Assembly: GCA_002269645.1 (NCBI GenBank)
Contig: NIVC01001056.1
Location: forward strand, 1 to 50,881
From: Macrostomum lignano
Taxonomy: Eukaryota
DNA: 50,881 nt
Reading direction: 5' to 3'
Below are positions 11,925-22,500 of the stretch, in pieces (positions within the stretch are counted from its first letter, which is position 1; every line of letters begins with the position of its first letter). Position numbers and translations under genes: made by a program. The notes below the pieces were generated by a model. It was not told the DNA's origin. It was given only the letters and a program-made list of their open reading frames with translations, and did no database searches.

Positions 11925-14900
11925 ATGTCTTTTCCTTGCATTTCTTGTGGAGTTATACTCGCCAGCTCAGCTGAACAGCGAGAGCATTATAAAAGTGAAT
12001 GGCACAGATATAATCTGAAAAGAAAAGTAGCTAATCTACCCCCCATTCCTATTGATGAGTTTAATTTGAAAAAGACATTGTTTGCTAAGTCAGATTATGA
12101 GGCTCACAATCCAACTGGGAGTGGTGGAGAAGAGAAATCTAAAAAGAGCTTGGTAAGTACCTCAAGGCTTGATTCCTAATTTTAATTTTAATTTATTTTT
12201 AAGCAAACATTTAACAAAAAAGCAAGGCTTATCAATATCATTTAGAATTAAAAGATATTTATATATTAGCCCTTCCTCTATTTATTGAGAAGGCTTAGGT
12301 TTAGTATAATAAATTGCAGTCTGTAGACCATTATAGGCCTATCCAAGCAAGCATGACAAACCTTAGTGATTTAGTATATTTGGATATAAATTCCTAGTGT
12401 GACAGGCCTTTTGGCTCTGTCTTTCTAAACTTCTAACTATTAGTGTTTATTAAATATCCTACGAGCTGCCACCAAAGTTGTTACTACAGGCCTTTCACCT
12501 CTTACTTTATCAATTTTAATCCCACCGATTTGCCAACTACAGTTATCCTGATTATACTTGCTTTTACTCCCTAACTATTTCTTAGAATTTCATTTAAATA
12601 TTTCTGGGTAGCGTTCTTAGTAGCGTTTCTGGTAGCGTTCTTAGTAGCGTTTCTGGTAGCTTATGGCTTGCTTTCTGGTAGCGTTCTAGTAGCTTATGGC
12701 CTGAGCGGTCTAGTACTGGTATATGTATTAGTGTATAGTCCTAATCGGGCGTTCACCGAGACTAGAGGGTCACGGCGCCTCTCTTGGTATATCTCCAAGA
12801 ATTAGTCCCAATTCCCTTCTCTTAGCAAATTTCTTAGAATCGTTTCACAGGTTTTGCAAATAAATAAGTCGCTATTTAGCTCAAAGACTTTGAAATGGTT
12901 TAGATTGAACTGCTTATTCTGTTCGCAATTATTTGCTCACGAGTAAAAGACAGTTAGAGTATATTTGTCGCAAAACCGCTCCTATATATAGTGATTTCCC
13001 CCACATACGATTAAAACAAAAAAATAATTCTCCAATTTATTTCGCGCATTAAAACAAACTATTATTTGGCGTTCGCGTAGATTCAGTTTCTAAGAAAGAT
13101 TCGAATATACAGTTATTACATTGAAAGAACATTCGAGTATACTATGATAAAGGCATAGCACTAGTACACTAGATAATAAATTTAAATATGGCATTATCTA
13201 TTATGATTATGAAGTTAGAAACCTTTCTAGGTTATCATTATCAAAAATTATACAAAAAGACTTTATATTCTAAGCAATAATAATTTTTTAAAGTCTAGGC
13301 CTACAATTAGGCCTAGGCCAAATGTAATTGTCAATTCATTTTTAAAAGTATTAAACATTATATGCCACTATCAGAAAGGCCAAAGATGTCTAATGTATAC
13401 CAGAGTTTTTTTGGCATTCTTTCATTTTACAATCCCCATTCCTAGGCACTTTCGTTATACGATCCCTATGTAAAAGACACAGTGAAAGAATATAGACACC
13501 AAAAGACTAGAAACATATCCATCAAAGAGTCAAAGTCACTGCACTAAGGCAGTTTCAAAAGCTGTCTATTTTGAAGGCAACCAAACAAAGCCTGGACAAG
13601 AGTCTTCGCAAGAACAGTATAGGAGCCTCCCTATATTCACTTTCATTATACAATCGTTTAAATGGAGGAAGTGTATTGAAAGGGATCGGATAACAAAACT
13701 TAGGCTTTTCATCAATTTCGTAATATGATCCTTTAAGTTAGAAATTTTTTTGCAGGGGATCGTATATCAAAAGTGAAATTTGATATCGTAGGCTACTAAT
13801 TATATATGAAGTAAAAATAGTTCATACAACTTGTTCGATGCCCGCCTGACACCCCCTCACTTTTGTTTTATGATCCCCTTACAGTATGGAGAGTATTGTT
13901 TCATGCTATTGGGGATCATATAATGAAAGTGAGGGGGGTAAAAAATAGATGAATATCATATCATATTATATATGATATGATATGTGAATCGTATAGAACG
14001 ACCTATGAGACTTCTTTTTATTGGCCATTGCTGAAATTTTTACAAGGTGTTTTTTTGCATGTTAGGTACACAATCCCCTCCAAACAAATTTTGCCTTGAG
14101 GGATCGTATTACAAAATTGATGAAAAGCTTAAGTTTTGTTATCTAATCCCTTTCTATACATTTCTTCCATTTAAATGATTAAATGCTTTTGATTTTCTAT
14201 AATAGTGATCATATATCCAATCTTACTAGATTTTAGACAATATTAGATCAATTTGTGCATATTACTGCACCTGGTCCTGTTCACTTATAATTTTGACTTT
14301 TTTCTACATTTTTTGTGCTAGCCCACTGGTTTAACTATAATCGCTATAGATTTTCTTAGTTCTTGACAGAAAGCTATTTTTCCCTATTGCTTTATGGTTA
14401 TTAATTTATATAAATAACTCGAGTTGCAAACCTATGCAGTACACACATGCAGCTCTTACTTTTGACTTAGCTGCAGGGGGCTCTGTGTGTCCAGAAACAG
14501 CGAGGCGTTGCCACCCCTAGCGACATACATGTAGCCCAAGCTGCAGTCTATTCTATTTTTTTTATTAGAGGCAGGGGGGTTGTGTGTACCCTATCGCACT
14601 TTAAGCGATATGGGCACACAACCGGCGAGAGGCATTACTGCCCATTCCGCCAACTCCCCTGAGCAGGCACACAAGCGCGCGGATACATACGCAGGCACAC
14701 ACTCACACAGGAGTGTACAGCAGCCCTAACTTTATTTTATCGTTAGGCATGTACACTTCATTGCACCTTGGGGGGTTGGCTCTCAAGGTCATTAATTGCA
14801 CAAGCGGAGCCAAGCTGAGATTCCAATTCAGCCCCAAATTAATGTGACTGCACTTGGAATTGAGCCTGGGTCGCGGCACACCAGAGCAGCTGCGCTACCG

Positions 14901-16842
14901 CTGGGCTACGGCCCCCTCGCAGTCTATTCTAGGATGCATGTGCATTTTGTGTTACACATGCGGATAGCTTTACACAGGTTGTATAGCGGCCAAGGCGCAA
15001 TCAATCCCAGGTCTGAATGTACCTTGGCACCATAATAGAGATGCATTAGCAAGTTTACCCCTGTAGATCCTGTAAATTGTCTTGCTTCGCGAATGATTAA
15101 AAAGTCATAATAAAAAAACTTTCGATTGGCATTTTAATTTTATCGAATAGACTTAGTCTGTCCTCCTGGAATTGTGCACTTTGTCCTTCAGCCCCAATCC
15201 CCATGCCCGCTAATCCGCAGCCCTACTGCTCCGCCTGTCACAAGAAATTCTCCAGCGCTAAAGCTTTCGAAAATCACGTTGCTTCGAAGAAGCACAAGCA
15301 GCGCGAAGCCGAGCAGCTGGAGCAGCGCGAGACGCCTGGCCGCTCCGACTCGCCCGATTGGCTCAGCGTTGACGGCGACTCTGACTCAGACTCGGGCGAA
15401 CTCGATGGCGAGTCTCCACTCGGCCAGGAGGAGTGCCTGTTCTGCCCGAATGTGGCCGCCAGCCTGGAGGCCAACTGCGCGCACATGCTGCGCGAGCACG
15501 GGTTCGCTCTCCCCGACCCGGACCTGCTGTCCGACCTGGAGGGCCTCATCACTCTGCTAGATTATAAAGTTGGCGTCGGGCGCGAGTGCCTCTGGTGCCA
15601 CGGGGCCAGACGATTTGACAGCGTGCGAGCGGTGCGCAGCCACATGCTGGACAAGGGCCACTGTCGGTATAACCTGGCCGGGAGCACGCCTTTGATCTTG
15701 CCGACTTCTACGACTATAGCAGTCTGGGGGTGAGCAGCATCAGGGTTGGGATTGAGTGCGGATTGGGATCATTAGATGGGATCAGATTAGATGAGATCGG
15801 GTTAGATGGGTTCGGGTTAAATGGGATCAGATGAGATGGGATCAGATTAGATGGGATCGGGTTAGATGGGTTCGGTTTAGATGGGATCAGATGAGATAGG
15901 ATCAGATTAGATGGGATCGGGTTAGATGGGATCAGATTAGATGGGATCGGGTTAGATGGGATCGGGTTAGATGGGATCGGGTTAGATGGGATCGGGTTGG
16001 ATGGGATCAGATTAGATGGGTTCGGGTTAGATGGGTTCGGTTTAGATGGGATCAGATGAGATGGGATCAGATTAGATGGGATCGGGTTAGATGGGTTTGG
16101 GTTAGATGATATCAGATTGGATGGGATCAGATGAGATGGGATCAGATTAGATGGGATCAGATTAGATGGGATCAGATTAGATGGGATAAGGTTAGATGGG
16201 ATCGGGTTAGATGGGATCAGATTTGATGGGAAAAAGATCAGATTAGATGGGATCAGATTTGATGGGAAAAAGATCAGATTAGATGGGATCAGATTGGATG
16301 GATCCGATTAGATGGGATAGGATTAGATAGGATAGAATGAAATGGGATCAAATTAGATTTGATCAGACTGGATGACATCAGTTTAGATGCGATGGGATCT
16401 TATTAGTATTGCATAATCTCGGGCAGAATTTTCAAGCAGAATTCCTCTGCTTGCCGATCGGATCCCCCAGCTCGATCCCAACGCCGGCGAAGACGACGCC
16501 GACTCAGGCGAAGAAGACGCGCCAACCGATCTGGAGACATTCGAGCTGGTGCTGCCGTCCGGCGCCGTTGTCGGGCACCGCTCTCTGATGCGCTACTACA
16601 GGCAGAGCCCGGCCCCCTCCCGGGCGGTGGCCCTGCCTGCGGCCGGCGGCAGCCTGCAGCATCAGCGCCTGCTGGCTCAGTACAGATCCATTGGCTGGCA
16701 CGGCCCGACCCGCGGCCAGGCCGAGGTGGCCACCCTGCGCGATCGGGCCTTCGTGCAGCGGCATCGGCAGCGGGCGGCTGTGCAGCTCGGCTTGGGCGCC
16801 AATCGGCTGCAGAAACACTTCAGGGATCAGAATCCCAAGTAG
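11925..16842 (+). CDS. ZNF622: zinc finger protein 622 / Rei1-like cytoplasmic pre-60S maturation factor; exons 11925-12152, 15221-15729, 16471-16842
   Basis: Exon 1 MSFPCISC..HYKSEWHRYNLKRKV. Exon 2 YCSACHKKFSSAKAFENHVASKKH..CLFC..HMLREHGF..CLWC..HMLDKGHC. Exon 3 ELVLPSGAVVGHRSLMRYYRQ..KHFRDQ. All junctions are GT-AG, phase 0. One missing base in a G run near 15682 restores GEHAFDLADFYDY. Confidence 0.95.
13652..14180. mobile_element. MITE-like foldback element in ZNF622 intron 1 (about 80-bp inverted termini)
   Basis: 13652-13731 matches the reverse complement of 14100-14180 with about 10 mismatches. Internal gggatcgtat..aaagtg motifs occur in both orientations. Confidence 0.65.
14850..14915 (-). 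mobile_element. tRNA-derived SINE head
   Basis: Minus strand reads GGGGCCGTAGCCCAGCGGTAGCGCAGC..CCCAGGCTCAATTCC, with A-box and degenerate B-box. Confidence 0.5.
15745..16400. repeat. 15-bp minisatellite (gatgggatcagatta)n filling ZNF622 intron 2
   Basis: Tandem units visible directly. Confidence 0.95.
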
Positions 16843-16967
16843 ATGCTGGCTCTGGGTCCTCTGCCCATCTTTCATTGCTGCGTCTCTGCTTGCCAATCCA
16901 ATGGCCTGCAGAGTTATGAAAATGATTTTTTGAGTCTTCTATCTGGATCACTGAGATGCGATTGCTG

Positions 16968-17049
16968 TGTTTTTGTCTGCCTGTCTGACTGTCTGTCTGC
17001 CTGTCTGTCTGTCTGTCTGTCTGTCTGTCCTTCTGCCTGTCTGTCTGCC

Positions 17050-17100
<51 letters not shown>

Positions 17101-17112
17101 GTCTCTGTGTCT
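16968..17112. repeat. (TCTG)n microsatellite in the ZNF622 3' UTR region
   Basis: Direct reading; an AATAAA follows at about 17245. Confidence 0.9.
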
Positions 17113-19057
17113 GAGTGTCAGCCCATTTGTCCCATTGAGTTCATCTCCCTGTTCGCCCTGCAAGCCAGTCATAACTGATGTCGCTATCCAGTGTCAATAT
17201 AAACTGTACTGTTTGTTGATCAGCTCCCTCCCAAATGGTTGATAAATAAAACATTGCACCGCACTGTTTTCGGTGATGCTAAGAAATCTTCGCACTGTTT
17301 TGTTTTAAATTTCTGTTTGCAGCAGAGTCCCATCGCACCGAGCGAAGTGCAGCCATCCAAGTAATTAGTTTCTGCAGCTTTTAGATTAGCATGCATACAA
17401 GGTGACTAGGGGGATTCGGAATGCCTTAAGGAAATGGGATCTCTCTCTCCAGACAGCCTGGTTTATGAGGACCCGACGGTAGGGGGGAAGAGAGGTGACA
17501 GGCTTATTTCCGCCCAGCCTTCTCGTTTCCACTTCTTTCGGTTGCTATTGGCAACTTGAAAAAGATTGGGTGATTATAGAAACGGAGCGAACTGGCACTT
17601 TAATTACTGAGGCCTGCCTTGCCTGCTGTCCCAGTTCCCGGTCCGGGTCGTCTTGACAAATCATAAAACACCCGCCTTCTTCTTCTGTCTCCCCCCTCGA
17701 GTCAGTCTTTATGCACCTGCACGTCACGCCACCTACCCTCCTCCCCTCTCTCGATTATAAAACTGTGGCTTGCATGAGCTCTCGAAGTATTCGTTTTTGA
17801 TAATAAAAAAATCCGTAAAAAATTCTTTTGATTTTGTTTGTCAATAAGAAGCAGTAGAAGTTTTCATGTTGCTATCTCGAATGCGGTAAGTTGGAACAGT
17901 AAGTTTGCTAATTATATACTCGTACTTTCCTAGTATAAAGACAAACAACAAGGCCTTTTTTAATGACAAGCCCCAACCAACACTGAATTCGCGGTACCCA
18001 CCCAGTGCCCGAGTCTGGTAGAGAATGAATTGAAAAAGAGTTTGACCAGGGACCTCTGAATACACTTGGACTGTGAATACACTTGGACTGGTACCCAAAA
18101 GTTGTAGCAGAGTTTCGCTTCTTGTGTTATAATTACTTGTACATGTATGCCATAATTTTTCATATTTTTCATATAGAGCGCGAGAGCTCTGGGAGGGAGA
18201 GGCATCACAAAACCCGAAAAATCACAACTATGAAAAGCGCTTTCCCCCACCATAAAACCAAAATATCATAACTCCAAATGTTTTAGCAATGTCCAATGCT
18301 ATTTTGGTTTTTCTAGTTATTATTTCTGCACGAATTCAAACAGTCCATGTGCATCCAGAGGTCCCTGAGCTGGCGCAGCGAGCAGATCGTGAGAAGCAAA
18401 TTGCAGGAGAAGAGATTGCGAAGAGCTGACAATGAAAGAGTGCAAACGGAGCAACGCCCCTACCGTGCACAGCTTATAAATTAGACATGCAAAACCCATC
18501 ATACAAACTGCTTCTCTGTTAAATTATTTCATCTCGAGCTATTCTTCAGCGTGAGTTAACAACAATTTATTAGTTACCTTCACTTGTTATTTTGTAATGC
18601 GAGACTTCTCATGTGCAACAGTTTGTGCTTAGCTTGGAGTGTCAAAAATAGAGTTAAAAAACAGATTTGATTTCAACTTAGATTAGATAAACTGTTCAAT
18701 GTTATAAATTTCGCTTTGTAACTGGAATTCCTGTGACAACACTAAATTTGATTGAGGAAGCTTGTTTGTCACGTGTCAGTTGATTCTGTTGACCGTGTTT
18801 TTGCACCGCTTATCTGTTCTGTAGGAATGTGTACTGTATGTGTGTGTGTGTGTGTAGCACAGGCATGCGCTTGTATTGTGCTTTGCGTGAGTCAGACATT
18901 TTTATGTGAAACTTTCTATGTAAAAATTAACTGAAGATTAGCTACCAACACTGCCGTGCCGCTGCTCTTTAAGAAACCTCTTTATTACATGAAAGACTTT
19001 GCAATGTCTTTTGCACTGCTAGGCCGCCGCCTTTACCACACATCCTTAGTTCCTGCG

Positions 19058-19443
19058 CCAGCCTCTCAGATCCTCAGTTGTTAAGTTATCCTCCCAGATC
19101 CTCAATTGCCAAGCCGTTGTCCCAGATCCTCAGTTGCTGGGCCAGCCTCCCAGATCCTCAGTTGCTGGGCCAGCCTCCCAGATCCTCAGTTGCTGGGCCA
19201 GCCTCCCAGATCCTCAGTTGCTGTGCCAGCCTCCCAGATCCTCAGTTGCTGGGCCAGCCTCCCAGATCCTCAGTTGCTGTGCCAGCCTCCCAGATCCTCA
19301 GTTGCTGGGCCAGCCTCCCAGATCCTCAGTTGCTGGGCCAGCCTCCCAGATCCTCAGTTGCTGGGCCAGCCTCCCAGATCCTCAGTTGCTGGGCCAGCCT
19401 CCCAGATCCTCAGTTGCTGTGCCAGCCTCACAGATCCCCAGTT
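19058..19443 (+). repeat. 28-bp minisatellite (ctcccagatcctcagttgctgggccagc)n, about 13 copies, just upstream of ALAS
   Basis: Tandem units; same unit as the 42415-45505 array in opposite orientation. Confidence 0.95.
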
Positions 19444-19564
19444 GCCATCCCCACCTTACACACATCTCGGGCTCATATTGGTCAGGCCTAGCTCAGCATT
19501 GGGGATATTTAATCCAAGCATTTTCCCACAAATCGCAGTCCCGCCCGCCCGCAGCCCGGCAGCC

Positions 19565-22500
19565 ATGCTGTCCTGCCCGTTTCTCAGCCACCTGCCGAGC
19601 GGCCTCATCCAGTCCCGGCCCTGGTCTCTGCTGCGCTTCGCCCAGCGCTGCCCCGTGATCGGCAAGCACATCCAGCGGGCCATGACAGCCGGCGTTGAGG
19701 AATCTACGCAGTCGCAGCGTCATCAGCAACCGCCGCCGCCTCCGCCAATGTCTGAGAAGAAGTGCCCGTTTCTCAGCGGCCGCCTAGCTGCTAGCGACGC
19801 CGCCGTCTGCGGCCTGTCGCCGCCCAGCGAGTGTCCGTACAGCCGCATGGCCGGCCGGCCGCTGACCGTCTGCTGTATGGACGAGCAACAGGCGGCTCCA
19901 ATGCCAGCCGAGCCGCTGGTGCCGCAGGCTGAGCCCCCCAACCTCTACAACTACAAGGCCCGCTGCGAGGCCCAGCTGCAGCGGAAACGCGACGATCACA
20001 GCTATCGGGTGTTTCGCAAAGTAAACAGGCGCGGCCCGAGTTTCCCCCTGGCCGAGGAGCACACGGGCGGCAGGAAGGACATCACGGTGTGGTGCAGCAA
20101 TGACTATCTGGGCATGAGCTGGCATCCCGTGGTGCAGGTATTGGCAATTTCTGCTTCTAGTAGGGATTGTTGTCTAGTTAGTCTTATCGTACGAGTACAA
20201 TAAATGTATGAAAGTAGATCCTGAGGTGTGATGGGGGTAGAAGGGTGAGATGTTAGAGGCTGAGAGAAACGGGGGAGAAATAGGCTGAGAGATACGGGGG
20301 AGAAGTAGGCTGAGAGAATCGGGGGAGAAGTAGGCTGAGAGAAACGGGGGAGAAGTAGGCTGAGAGAAACGGGGGAAAAGTAGGCTGAGAGAAACGGGGG
20401 AGAAGTAGGCTGAGAGAAACGGGGGAGAAGTAGGCTGAGAGAATCGGGGGAGAAGTAGGCTGAGAGAATCGGGGGAGAAGTAGGCTGAGAGAAACGGGGG
20501 AGAAGTAGGCTGAGAGAAACGGGGGAGAAGTAGGCTGAGAGAATCGGGGGAAAAGTAGGCTGAGAGAAACGGGGGAGAAGTAGGCTGAGAGAAACGGGGG
20601 AGAAGTAGGCTGAGCACAGAAGATCAGCGGTGCTGATCGGTGACCGCCCACAGGAGGCGGTGATCGAGGCGGCCAGGCAGCACGGTGTGGGCTCGGGCGG
20701 CACCCGCAACATATCGGGCAACACCATCCATCACGAGGCGCTGGAGGCCGAGCTGGCCGACTGGCACGGCAAGGAGGCCGCCCTGCTGTTCACCTCGTGC
20801 TACGTGGCCAACGAGGCGACTCTGTACACCCTTGGCCAGCTGGTGCCCGGCCTGGTGTTTCTGTCCGATGCCGGTAATCACGCGAGCATGATTCACGGCA
20901 TCCGCACTAGCAACTGTCGCAAGGTGAGCTGCTGCACTAACGAGTCAGTTTTAACCAAGCGTTCACGATGTTAAAACTGACTGTTCACAATGTTTCACTG
21001 CCAAAAATTCACATTTGTAAATATGCGTTCACAGTGTTGTAACCGAGGATTCACAGTTGTAACCGAGCGTTCACACTATTGCTACATAAGGATTCACAGT
21101 TGTAACTAAGCGTTCACACTATTGCTACATAAGGATTCACAGTTGTAACTAAGCGTTCACACTATTGCTACATAAGGATTCACAGTTGTAACTAAGCGTT
21201 CACACTATTGCTACATAAGGATTCACAGTTGTAACTAAGCGTTCACAGTATTGCTACATAAGGATTCACAGTTGTAACTAAGCGTTCACACTATTGCTAC
21301 ATAAGGATTCACAGTTGTAACTAAGCGTTCACACTATTGCTACATAAGGATTCACAGTTGTAACTAAGCGTTCACAGTATTGCTACATAAGGATTCACAG
21401 TTGTAACTAAGCGTTCACACTATTGCTACATAGGGATTCACAGTTGTAACTAAGCGTTCACAGTATTGCTACATAAGGATTCACAGTTGTAACTACAGGG
21501 TGTCGACGGCCTCCTTTATATCCTTTATCTCCTTTATTATAGTTGTATTTTGTACAGTTTTGTACATTTGTGTACTTTTTGTACATTTATTACTCTCAAC
21601 TGATATAATGTGCTGCATCAAAATAGTAGCAATAAATTTTTATTAACTGTCTAGCACGCCTGCAGCTACCTGTAGACCACCTGGTGCAGGTTGGTATGGA
21701 TGGCCCAAGTGTCAATTTGAAGATTTTTTGCGATTTAAAGACAAAGCTACAGTCTGAGACTGAAGATCTCACTGGTTCGGTTGTTCTTGACACTGGTACC
21801 TGTGGATTGCAAACAGCAAGCCGATCATCCCATTGCAGCCATGATGCCAGTGGTTGGCATCTTCAGCAGTTTCTTCGCAACCTGTATTATTTGTTTAAAG
21901 ACTGTCCAGCTCGAGTAACAGAATTTCAAGCAGTGACACTGCTACAATCTACGCCCAATCAAGTTCTGTACTGTCCGCTGGCCAGAGAATTCCAAAGCAG
22001 CCAACCGAGCACTGGAAATGCTTTCTAGCTTACGCCAGTGGCTGGCTGCAAAGAGACCTGATGATTCAGAGTCCCTCATGTCACAGCTTCGATCTGCTTG
22101 TGCTGACAAGTACTTAGAGGCCAAGCTTCATTTTTTGTCTCTATCGCCAACCTACTTGAGCCATTTTTGCGACAGTTCCAAGCTGCTGCACCAATGTTTC
22201 CATTTTTGTACGAATCTCTAGGAGAAGTGCTTCGCAGTGTCATGCTACGATTTGTGGATGCCGACGTGATGAAGAAGTGCCTCACAGTGACCCAGCTCTT
22301 AGACCTTGACTTAAGCCAACAAGGCGTGCCAGAAAACTACTGTGGACTTTGGTTCAGCTGCTCAGGCTGCTATTGAACAACTCAAGCGACAAGCAACACC
22401 ACCAACTCAACATGAGCACTTGGCTTTTCGCACCACTAGTCGCAAGTTTCTTTTGAAAATGTATGAAAAGTTGTTTGAGAAGTCCCCTTTGGCACAGCCT

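Noticed and set aside
19106-19564. N-terminal extension of ALAS suggested by ORF 19106-20203
   Set aside because: Made of 28-bp satellite. A good acceptor (cag at 19538) and the MLSCPF HRM start at 19565 define the real N-terminus.
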